Part shown: piece by piece, positions 1 to 8,079 of the stretch
Numbering within the stretch: the stretch's first letter is position 1
Layout: each line of letters opens with the position of its first letter
DNA from: a virus
Lineage: Duplodnaviria > Caudoviricetes
Direction: 5' to 3' (one strand)
Virus record (IMG/VR): IMGVR_UViG_3300012953_000048
Location: 1-48,610 of that record
Length of the DNA stretch: 48,610 bases
Program-made: the position numbers and the translations under genes
Notes under the pieces: generated by a model
The model's database searches: none
The model's input: only the letters and a program-made list of their open reading frames with translations
Told to the model about the DNA's origin: nothing

Positions 1-276
1 CAGGGAGAGAGAACGTTTGAGTTAGTCAACAGAGACTGGAAGAGTCAATAGCATATAGTACACCTCAACAGACACAGTGGTGCGTTAGTTATACCACGCA
101 ATACATTTCATAGGTCAGTGTCAGGTGAGAAAGGATCAATAGTAATAAATCAAGCAACAAGGTACGATGGGTTTGATCCTAGTGCTGAGTTCTATCCAGT
201 GTCCACAGCAGAGTGTAGAGATCTATATAATATACTAAGGAACGTTGTTCCTGTTATCCATACAGTAGGAGAATGA
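1..276 (+). pseudogene. 5'-truncated cupin-like hypothetical protein with an in-frame TAG at 49-51
   Basis: Frame 1 reads QGERTFELVNRDWKSQ*HIVHLNRHSGALVIPRNTFHRSVSGEKGSIVINQA..GE*. LVIP..TFHR resembles cupin motif 2. The terminal stop overlaps the next ATG (ATGA 273-276). Confidence 0.55.
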
Positions 277-440
277 CCCAAACTTATCACATTTACTTTC
301 AAGAGAAAGTTCTTTTTAAAAATTTAGATTTAGAGGAATTTACTTTAATATGGGATAAATTATATACTTCCTATTGGAAAGGTGACATAACATACTCTAT
401 ATGTTATGATGAGATATGTGATTTAGAACCTTCTTTTTAA
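273..440 (+). CDS. small hypothetical protein (55 aa), not in ORF track
   Basis: MTQTYHIYFQEKVLFKNL..EPSF*; ATGA coupling with upstream gene and fills the gap to 443. Confidence 0.7.
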   Translation: MTQTYHIYFQEKVLFKNLDLEEFTLIWDKLYTSYWKGDITYSICYDEICDLEPSF

Positions 441-442
441 TT

Positions 443-730
443 ATGATTCCCTTTTTACTTACCGCCTCTTCGTTTCTTAATTTTGCATTTTATATCTATG
501 CAATTGGATTCGTAGTCGCTCTTATTTTTGAACAGTGGTTGAAGAACAGACCTTTGTCTGTTGATGCATCAATGAATGAGAGAAATATGTATATCGTACA
601 GACCAACAGAAAGTATTGTTGGCGACAAGCATGGGTAGTTAATCTTCTTTGGTTTATGTGTAATATCGGATTGTATCTTGCATCAAGAAATATGCAAACA
701 CCTGTAGATACTTTCTGGCAAGGACTATGA
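443..730 (+). CDS. hypothetical membrane protein
   Basis: 95 aa with two hydrophobic segments; packed in operon. Confidence 0.7.
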   Translation: MIPFLLTASSFLNFAFYIYAIGFVVALIFEQWLKNRPLSVDASMNERNMYIVQTNRKYCWRQAWVVNLLWFMCNIGLYLASRNMQTPVDTFWQGL

Positions 731-837
731 AGAAGAAAGAACCAAAAGAAAGAGAGTATGCTAAGGATAGAATGGAATACTTTAGAGAGTTCCATCGAGT
801 CATTGCACCAGTTGTGGTCTTAAAAAAAGATGAATAA
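727..837 (+). CDS. small hypothetical protein (36 aa), not in ORF track
   Basis: MKKKEPKEREYAKDRMEYFREFHRVIAPVVVLKKDE*; AAGGA upstream, overlaps both neighbours. Confidence 0.6.
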   Translation: MKKKEPKEREYAKDRMEYFREFHRVIAPVVVLKKDE

Positions 838-1120
838 AATTTATACCACTATGATTCTTGCTTCTGTAGCATGGTGTGCTGCTGCACAAGCTTGTAGTCC
901 TCGTCTGGATGGGGGAGAAACTTATTGTCCACCATTTGATAAAGAGTTCTTACCAAAAGAGGAGTTGAAAGGTGACCTTGATGTTTCTAACTTTCATCAC
1001 TGGACAGCAATACAAGGTATGTTTATCAGAAATCAAAGAAGAGAACAGATAGAAAAAAATGCCACACATCCTACGGATGCTATTGATGATGCACTAAGTG
1101 ATTTTTATGAAAGAATCTAA
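830..1120 (+). CDS. hypothetical protein with signal-peptide-like N-terminus
   Basis: MNK, hydrophobic stretch, AQA cleavage-like motif, then a Cys pair. Confidence 0.65.
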   Translation: MNKIYTTMILASVAWCAAAQACSPRLDGGETYCPPFDKEFLPKEELKGDLDVSNFHHWTAIQGMFIRNQRREQIEKNATHPTDAIDDALSDFYERI

Positions 1121-1310
1121 TTTAGTTGCTGTATTTTGTCTTGACTCACACAACACCAGTTACTTTTATAAGAGAGAGGATGGCACATATTACTGGTTGC
1201 ATAGTCGCAAAGAAAAAGAAGATCTAATTGTAGACGCAGATGGTATACAACTAGATCTTTTAGGTGATCCTATTTTATCTAATGAGTGGGTATTGAAGGA
1301 AATATTTTAG
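1098..1310 (+). CDS. hypothetical protein
   Basis: 70-aa ORF continuing the operon, converging on gp53. Confidence 0.6.
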   Translation: MIFMKESNLVAVFCLDSHNTSYFYKREDGTYYWLHSRKEKEDLIVDADGIQLDLLGDPILSNEWVLKEIF

Positions 1311-2248
1311 TAGCCACCATATCCAGATCCAGAAGAACTGCTAGAACTTGAACTAGAACTAGAGGAGGAACTAGAAGAAGAACTACTACTGGAACTCGAA
1401 CTGGTCGAACTGGTTGAACTGGTTGATGAGTATGCTTGTTGGTTACTGACATCGCCTACGTTGGTAGTAGTAGTTGTTGCTGATGTTGTAGATGTAACTA
1501 CACCCGCAGTCGCAGAGGTGGATGAAGGTCCGTTATCATATGATGATACCGCAGTGCTAGTTGCTGAGGATGCAACTGCACTCGCACTAGTATAACCTAC
1601 AGCATCAAAGAATCTTGAAGCGATACTGAGAGGAGATTTCTTATTATTAACTTCATCTAATTCTGCATGAGGAGCGTACGCAACGAGAGTTTCAAACTCT
1701 TGAACCATTCTATCTACAATACCTGTAGTAGGAATCTTAATTAATCTTTTTAATTCATTTAGATACTGTTCATGTTCATAATTTGATACTGCATATAGTG
1801 AATCACTTTCACCCTTTGTCGTCCCATCAGGCATGACTGCTCTAAATGTTGAGTTTACTTCAATCCCTTCTTTTATAAAGACTACTCCGTTGTATAAAAC
1901 TTCTTTTGTCTCATAGTGATGAGGTGCTTCTGCGTTACCATACTTATCAACTACCATAGTTTGCAAATCCGATTCATTCATTGGCCACTGAGAATAGAAA
2001 TCAGTAATATTGTTAGTCAACAGCACAACCCAATCTAAAAATGGATCTCCTAATGCTGCTTCAGCAACCATCGCAGGAGTTTCACCATCTCTTAATGAAT
2101 ATGATTCAAAAAATGTTACATACTCTTCTAAATCTTCTCTTACTTTGATTCTACGAGATATATTTTTTGCCAAACGATATTTAAAAGGTTCATCATCTTT
2201 GACACCTTCGCCAACATATACATTTGGTAGAAAATTAAAATAAGCCAT
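1307..2248 (-). CDS. gp53: baseplate wedge subunit gp53 with Ser/Thr-rich C-terminal extension
   Basis: MAYFNFLP start, LysM-like Y.L.DGETP..VA....GDP.LDWVVLL.NNI, YEHEQ..NE.KR.I.I; adjacent to gp48. Confidence 0.88.
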   Translation of the reverse strand: MAYFNFLPNVYVGEGVKDDEPFKYRLAKNISRRIKVREDLEEYVTFFESYSLRDGETPAMVAEAALGDPFLDWVVLLTNNITDFYSQWPMNESDLQTMVVDKYGNAEAPHHYETKEVLYNGVVFIKEGIEVNSTFRAVMPDGTTKGESDSLYAVSNYEHEQYLNELKRLIKIPTTGIVDRMVQEFETLVAYAPHAELDEVNNKKSPLSIASRFFDAVGYTSASAVASSATSTAVSSYDNGPSSTSATAGVVTSTTSATTTTTNVGDVSNQQAYSSTSSTSSTSSSSSSSSSSSSSSSSSSSSSSSSGSGYGGY

Positions 2249-3345
2249 TAGTATCCGTTTATTATGTCTGCTTGGTTGAGGAGACGAATCTCAGTAAATT
2301 GTATCTGCATAACAACAGCAGGAACCTGAATCATAGTTCCATCAATTCTTTTCATTGAAGTATACTGATTGTCTGGTGTATAGTTAACAGAAAAACCTGA
2401 ACAAACACATTTATCCATTTTATAATGTAGAGCTAAACTTTGATCTACATTTTGAGTTGCTGTAGGACCAGCGTATGATGTAGCACTATCAAATTCACCT
2501 GACCTTGGTCTCATTCTCATAAATGCTAGTTCATATTGATCAGGGATACCAAAGAATCTTTGATTAGAAAGAGTTGCTGAAGTACCAGTTATAGTTGTTT
2601 CTAAATCTTTCTCCTCCTCAGTCTCCTCCGTTCCTTTTGTCGTACCTGTTATACTTTTTCCTCCTATTTCTAATGATTGATCAGTTGCAATTGTAGGATG
2701 AAGACCAACTTTTAAATATGTAATTATTTTTTTAATCTCTTGCGCTTCTTTATAATTTCTTGCAAACATTTTAAAACTAAAGGAATGATTCCTAAAGTTC
2801 ATCTGTTGAAATAACTGCTCAATGTATGGGTTGAATACTCTTCCACTCGTTAAACCTACTAAAGCATTAGTGCTTAAGTTACCACCCACACCTAGAAATC
2901 CAGATATAGCATTAGCACCTTGAGTAATTGCACTAGCAGCAAACTCTGGTAAAACAGCTTTCGCAGCATCTTGAATGGTCTGTGCTACACCTTCAAAAGA
3001 GTCATTATTCATTGCACTGATCGCTGCAGCACCACCAATACCTAAGTTTGTTTGATTGTAAACTGGTTGATATTGAGCATTGATTCCACCAGGAATGGCA
3101 AGGTAGCACATTGATTTGTGGTGACTTGTTTGTCCTGAGTTTCTAGGGAAATTATTTCCTCCATAATAATCTTTACCTCCGTCATTATATACTGTCTTAC
3201 ATCTACGAACTCTTAAGTAATCTGTTTTACCAGTTAAACCATCTACTGAGTCTCCATTAAAATCTTGATCCATTACAGGAGGTTGTAATGGATATCTAAG
3301 CGTAGTTTTTCCGTATTTGTTGTTATCGAGAAAGGTTGTTGCCAA
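2248..3345 (-). CDS. gp48: baseplate tail-tube cap gp48
   Basis: NPY.EQLF....FR.HSFSFKM..RN..EA..I..II..L and V.YTPD motifs; TTG start; synteny with gp53/gp4. Confidence 0.85.
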   Translation of the reverse strand: MATTFLDNNKYGKTTLRYPLQPPVMDQDFNGDSVDGLTGKTDYLRVRRCKTVYNDGGKDYYGGNNFPRNSGQTSHHKSMCYLAIPGGINAQYQPVYNQTNLGIGGAAAISAMNNDSFEGVAQTIQDAAKAVLPEFAASAITQGANAISGFLGVGGNLSTNALVGLTSGRVFNPYIEQLFQQMNFRNHSFSFKMFARNYKEAQEIKKIITYLKVGLHPTIATDQSLEIGGKSITGTTKGTEETEEEKDLETTITGTSATLSNQRFFGIPDQYELAFMRMRPRSGEFDSATSYAGPTATQNVDQSLALHYKMDKCVCSGFSVNYTPDNQYTSMKRIDGTMIQVPAVVMQIQFTEIRLLNQADIINGY

Positions 3346-3354
3346 GTTTTTGCC

Positions 3355-3383
3355 TAAATACTAACATGGTCTCTATCTATTTA
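3355..3383. promoter_or_regulatory. pair of oppositely oriented T4-type late promoters
   Basis: TAAATA on + at 3355-3360 (towards gp4) and on - at 3383-3378 (towards gp48) in the 37-bp gap. Confidence 0.65.
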
Positions 3384-3802
3384 TGAGGTATCAAGGAAAA
3401 TATCGACCAAGCTTTCCAAGAAAGTATAAAGGTGACCCCAATAATGTTATTTATAGATCATCTTGGGAGTATAAATTTATGAAATGGTGCGATGCAACTC
3501 GTACGGTGCAAGAGTGGGGCAGTGAAGAGATTATTATTCCCTATATTTCTCCTGTTGATGGTAAAAGACACAGATACTTCCCAGATTTCTATGTAAAGAT
3601 AGAAGGCAGAAGGTATTTGGTTGAAGTAAAACCATTAAAACAGACAAAGGAACCTAAAACTCAGAAACGAATGACAAAACGTTATATTAATGAAGTTGTG
3701 ACTTGGAGTGTCAATCAGGCAAAATGGAAAGCCGCATCTGAATTTTGTAAAGATCAAAACTGGGAATTTATGTTGATTACTGAAAAAGAACTTAAAGTAT
3801 AA
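3383..3802 (+). CDS. gp4: head completion nuclease gp4
   Basis: KYKGDP.N..YRSSWE..FM.WCD, W.SEE..IPY.SP.D...HRYFPDF, EVKP, NQAKW.AA. Confidence 0.92.
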   Translation: MRYQGKYRPSFPRKYKGDPNNVIYRSSWEYKFMKWCDATRTVQEWGSEEIIIPYISPVDGKRHRYFPDFYVKIEGRRYLVEVKPLKQTKEPKTQKRMTKRYINEVVTWSVNQAKWKAASEFCKDQNWEFMLITEKELKV

Positions 3803-4590
3803 TGGCAAACATTAACACAGAACAAGCACAGTATCCTTCTTATCAAGAGTTTTTAGCATTCTCAAAGAAAGAAGAAAATCATCCGAGTTATACTAACCTG
3901 TTCTCGGTTCATTTTGCTGCACCTAGGTTGTTACAAAGTAACCTAGGACCTTCAGTGGGAGGGAGTTCAACTAAGAATTTAAATCCAGATGGAGCTCAAC
4001 TTCGCACTGTTTTAAATTATTATGCCAATTCTGTGAACCTTCCAAGTAAACAGATGACTTCAGGTTCATTCTTAAGTGTGGGATCAGCAATTAAGTATGC
4101 AACTGGAACAGCGTACAGTCAGATGAATATATCTTTTATTATGCCACGTTCACAATATACTAGAGCATTTTTTGAGGAGTGGACAATGAGAATTTCTGCT
4201 GATTCAAATCAATATGTAGAGTTTTACGATGATTATGTTTGCCCATCACTCAGAGTATACAAATGGGAGAGAGGTCAGGGAGATAACGTATATCAAGATG
4301 AGAAAATGATAAAAGCACTAAATGACAGTGGAGATCCATATTTTATTGCTAAAAAGTATAGAGTTACTGCAGTATGGGAGATGAGAAATGTATTTCCATT
4401 CAATATTGGATCAATTCAATTAAATAATGACTCAGCTAGAGCAATGACACTAACAATCGGGTTATTATATGAACGTTATCGCCTTACAGTTGCCGATGAC
4501 TTTAACGATCCTGGTTCCTATCAATATCCTGATGGACCATTTACTAATAGTATCCCTCAACTTGATAGATATAATAGCGCAGTCTTCTAA
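3802..4590 (+). CDS. tail-tube-fold baseplate protein (gp54/gp19-like)
   Basis: SVNLPS, R.FFEEW, FYDDY, NVFP.NIGSIQL motifs typical of tube-fold proteins. Confidence 0.6.
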   Translation: MANINTEQAQYPSYQEFLAFSKKEENHPSYTNLFSVHFAAPRLLQSNLGPSVGGSSTKNLNPDGAQLRTVLNYYANSVNLPSKQMTSGSFLSVGSAIKYATGTAYSQMNISFIMPRSQYTRAFFEEWTMRISADSNQYVEFYDDYVCPSLRVYKWERGQGDNVYQDEKMIKALNDSGDPYFIAKKYRVTAVWEMRNVFPFNIGSIQLNNDSARAMTLTIGLLYERYRLTVADDFNDPGSYQYPDGPFTNSIPQLDRYNSAVF

Positions 4591-4666
4591 AACGAAAATC
4601 AACTTTTAATTCCCAGAAAGGGGTAAAAAAATCCCCGCCAAAAATTTGACCCCTAGGGTTTTTGAC

Positions 4667-4672
4667 TAAATA
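4667..4672 (+). promoter_or_regulatory. late promoter (TAAATA)
   Basis: 20 nt upstream of the gp26 ATG. Confidence 0.6.
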
Positions 4673-4692
4673 ACTACACTGAATTGAAATCT

Positions 4693-5409
4693 ATGGCATT
4701 ACCTAAGTTAAACGTACCAAAGTACAAAATGAAACTACCGTCAGATGGTAGAACGGTGAATTACAGACCATTCCTCGTTAAAGAAGAGAAACTATTACTT
4801 CTCGCAACTCAAACTGGCGAACAAAGTCAACTGATTGATGCAATTAAGGAAATTATTAGTGCTTGCACTGATATTAAAGATCTTGATAAGTTAGCAACTT
4901 TTGATATTGAATTCCTTTTCTTACAGATTAGAACAAAATCTGTTGGTGAAAGTGTTAAAGTCTCTTTGACTTGCCCTGATGATAATGAAACTACAGTTGA
5001 GGTAAGTATCCCTCTTGATGAAATCAAAGTTAAAAAAACTAGAGGACATAAGACCGATCTTAAAATCTCAAATGAGGTTACAATTACTATGGGGTATCCG
5101 AGTTTAGATACTTTCGTTGCTATGAACTTTGTTGGAGATGAAGACAATGTAGGTGTTGATCAAGTATTTGAAATGGCAGGAAGTTGTATAAAAACAATTT
5201 CTGATCCAGAGCAGGTATATGACTGTCAAGACGTACCTAAAAAGGAGATACAAGACTTTTTTGAATCTATGGACACTAAACAGTTCACAATGATTCAAGA
5301 TTTCTTTGAAACCATGCCGAAACTGACTCATACAGTTAAGGTTACGAATCCTAACACAAATGTTGAGAGTGATATAGTTCTAGAGGGGTTAGCTAGTTTT
5401 TTCGGATAG
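4693..5409 (+). CDS. gp26: baseplate hub assembly protein gp26
   Basis: MALPKL..P.Y...LPS....V.YRPFLVKEEK.LL, FD.E.LFL.IR.KSVGE, MPKL.H, LEGLASFF; ATG 4693 preferred over TTG 4684. Confidence 0.9.
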   Translation: MALPKLNVPKYKMKLPSDGRTVNYRPFLVKEEKLLLLATQTGEQSQLIDAIKEIISACTDIKDLDKLATFDIEFLFLQIRTKSVGESVKVSLTCPDDNETTVEVSIPLDEIKVKKTRGHKTDLKISNEVTITMGYPSLDTFVAMNFVGDEDNVGVDQVFEMAGSCIKTISDPEQVYDCQDVPKKEIQDFFESMDTKQFTMIQDFFETMPKLTHTVKVTNPNTNVESDIVLEGLASFFG

Positions 5410-5414
5410 CCCTC

Positions 5415-5597
5415 ATGCACATGGACTTGAAGACATATTATGAAAGCAATTTTGCTTTAATTCACCATCATAAGTGGAATCTTGAATATATTGATAATCT
5501 CATGCCATGGGAAAAGGAAATCTATTTTAATCTTCTAATCAGTTTCTTAAAAGAAGAAGAAAAACGTATGAAGGAGCAAAAAGCACAAGGTGGCTAA
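5415..5597 (+). CDS. gp51: baseplate hub assembly catalyst gp51 (short form; possibly the -1 frameshift extension of gp26)
   Basis: YY..NFAL..HHKW.L..I.N.MPWE.EIY..LL motif. Confidence 0.85.
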   Translation: MHMDLKTYYESNFALIHHHKWNLEYIDNLMPWEKEIYFNLLISFLKEEEKRMKEQKAQGG

Positions 5598-8079
5598 GAT
5601 ACAAGTCTACAAGTTTATTAATCCTGGAGTGGCATCTGTCAAAACTCCATCGATTGTTGCTGCAAGACAAACTATCCTTGCTCAAAATAGATTTGGTAAG
5701 ACTTTAGAGGGCGTTGGAAATACAGTTGTTGATTTAGATAAAATTACTAACTTACGTTTAGGATTAGAACAGAAAACATTAAATGCGGAGAGAAAACAGA
5801 AACAAAGAGAAAGAGATGCAGAATCTGAAGAGTTAACTGAAAAGGGACTGTCAAATTACTTTAACAAGAAATCAAAAGAAGCAAAAAAATTTAAACCAGA
5901 CAAAAAACTCCAAAATTCATTTGCTAAAATGTTTGGGTGGGTTGGTCCTCTTTTAGCACCTTTCGTATCTTTGGCAACTAAGATATTTGCTCTAGGAATT
6001 ATGAAGAATTTCTTAGAGTGGACTGCAGATGAGTCAAATTTAATAAAATTAGAAACTTTTTTAATGAAGACGGATTTTGTTTTCAGAAAGTTATATGATT
6101 TTGCAAAATTTATTATAAAAGATAATCTTATAGACGGAATAGGTCAATTATTTGGTAAAGATGCAAGTTTAGTTGGTAGAATAGAAGGTCTTGGCAAGTT
6201 AGTGACAGGTATCATCGGACTTAAGTATCTGATGAACCCATTTAGTCTCATTACTGATATTCTCAATATGTTGAATATCATTACTGGCAATAAGGTTAAA
6301 GGTCCTAAACCTCCTAATAAACCGAACATCAAACCAAGAAATAAATTTAAACCTAAAGTTACTACAAGTGGAGGTTCATCAACAGGTCCTTTGAAAGGAA
6401 TTAGGGATGCTATTAACAAGTTTAAACCTAAGAAAACTATAACTGGACTTAAAAATACAGGAAAATCACTTCTGGATGATATTGGAAATATTTTTAAGAG
6501 AAAACCTACTGTTACTTCATCAGCACCAAAAGGAAATTTCTTAACTAATATGTTTAAGAAGAAACCTACTATTACTGGTAACACTGTTAAACAGAGTTCA
6601 GGAATAGTTAAAAGTCTTAAAAATCTAAAACCTGGTCCTGGTCTTCTTGCTCTACCTGCTACTATGGCTGCAGAGTGGAGTATTAATAAAATTACTGATA
6701 CGCTTATCTTCGATCCGATGGAGAGGGCTGCTGATAAGAAGATGCAGGAGAAGGTTCAAGAAAGATTCTTGAATGATGGTAGTGAGAACACAGTCAAATA
6801 CTACGAAGAAGAGTTAGCTAAGGAGAATAGTAAAAAAAGTTTACCTTGGTGGCAAAATGCACTGACATTAGGTTATGGTAATATTTTTGTAGGTCCTTCA
6901 AAACCTAAAGTTGAAAAATTAACAAAAGCACTTGATTATTCAAAGAAACTTACTGAAACACCTAAAGAACTACCCAAAATAAATTATAAGAAAGATGAAC
7001 CTCCTAAGAAAAAAGGTTTATTTGGTTGGGGATTCTTAGGTCTTGATAGAGGTGGAAAGTTACCTTCATTTGGATTGGGAGGTTTTTTCAGGAGTATATT
7101 CAGACCTGTTACGAATGTAGTTAAAAGTGTAGTTAATACTGTTGTTGATGTAGGTAAAACTGTATGGAATACTGTATCCTCAGTTGCTGCAAACCCAATC
7201 GTTTCTACAGTTGCATCATTTATTCCTGGTGCAAATATTATCGTACCTGCTATTAATGCAGTAAACGCACTCAGTTCTGGAGATATCATGGGTGCTGCAA
7301 TGAGTGCACTTGGTGGTATTAGTAATTTTTCTGCTATCGGTTCTACTGCTAAATCTGTAGTCAATACTCCAAATTGGTTAATGAACTTGCGTATGAGTAA
7401 GTTTGGTCAAGGTCTTTCTGGTATGTATACTGGTGCTATGGGTGCATTCAAAAACATTAGTTCAACTGTGACTAATATGTTTGACAGAGTAAGAAATAGT
7501 AATATTGGTAAGATTGGTATGCAACTTTATGGTGGTAATGTTGGTGGTGCTATTGGAACTGTTGTTGGTATGATGCCTGGTCTCTCAGGTAATATAGAAG
7601 GATTTGGTAAATGGTTAGAAGAAAATAAATTATCAGGTATTCTTGGAGCAGTTCCTGGTCTTGGGGGTTTAGCAAGTAAAGTTCCAAATATCTTAGCAAT
7701 TCCTGGTATGGAATCAATCCTAGGTAAACCAGGTGAGGGTTTTAGTGCGTTAGGTGCTTTAAGTGGTGTTGCTGATAGAGTTGGTATGAAAGGTGTATAT
7801 CAAGCAATTATGAGTGGTGCTCAATCTGGTAATTATATTGAAGGATTACCAGAACTCGCTGCAGAAATGGGTGTTGATCCTAGAGTCTTAGGAGTTCTTG
7901 ATAAAGGAAAACAATTATTACAGAATAACAAATTTAATGCAGAGTATGCAATGCAGACTGCCATTGAGTTTTTACCTGTTCCTTTGATCGTGGAGAAGAT
8001 TGTTGCAGCACCTACTCCTGTGCCGATAAATAGCGGTGATACCTATATAGTCGCTCCTTCCTCTACATCTAATAGATAA
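5590..8079 (+). CDS. large tape-measure-like virion protein (paralogue 1)
   Basis: 829 aa, GTG start; coiled-coil N-terminus, Lys/Pro linkers, Gly/Ala amphipathic repeats; lies between gp51 and the hub gene. Confidence 0.55.
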   Translation: MAKIQVYKFINPGVASVKTPSIVAARQTILAQNRFGKTLEGVGNTVVDLDKITNLRLGLEQKTLNAERKQKQRERDAESEELTEKGLSNYFNKKSKEAKKFKPDKKLQNSFAKMFGWVGPLLAPFVSLATKIFALGIMKNFLEWTADESNLIKLETFLMKTDFVFRKLYDFAKFIIKDNLIDGIGQLFGKDASLVGRIEGLGKLVTGIIGLKYLMNPFSLITDILNMLNIITGNKVKGPKPPNKPNIKPRNKFKPKVTTSGGSSTGPLKGIRDAINKFKPKKTITGLKNTGKSLLDDIGNIFKRKPTVTSSAPKGNFLTNMFKKKPTITGNTVKQSSGIVKSLKNLKPGPGLLALPATMAAEWSINKITDTLIFDPMERAADKKMQEKVQERFLNDGSENTVKYYEEELAKENSKKSLPWWQNALTLGYGNIFVGPSKPKVEKLTKALDYSKKLTETPKELPKINYKKDEPPKKKGLFGWGFLGLDRGGKLPSFGLGGFFRSIFRPVTNVVKSVVNTVVDVGKTVWNTVSSVAANPIVSTVASFIPGANIIVPAINAVNALSSGDIMGAAMSALGGISNFSAIGSTAKSVVNTPNWLMNLRMSKFGQGLSGMYTGAMGAFKNISSTVTNMFDRVRNSNIGKIGMQLYGGNVGGAIGTVVGMMPGLSGNIEGFGKWLEENKLSGILGAVPGLGGLASKVPNILAIPGMESILGKPGEGFSALGALSGVADRVGMKGVYQAIMSGAQSGNYIEGLPELAAEMGVDPRVLGVLDKGKQLLQNNKFNAEYAMQTAIEFLPVPLIVEKIVAAPTPVPINSGDTYIVAPSSTSNR
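8026..8032 (+). promoter_or_regulatory. late promoter (ATAAATA)
   Basis: Internal to the upstream gene, about 46 nt before ATG 8079. Confidence 0.45.

Noticed and set aside
3383-3802. TnsA transposase or homing endonuclease
   Set aside because: The nuclease fold and synteny match the core head-completion gene gp4; no transposon ends or partner genes are present.
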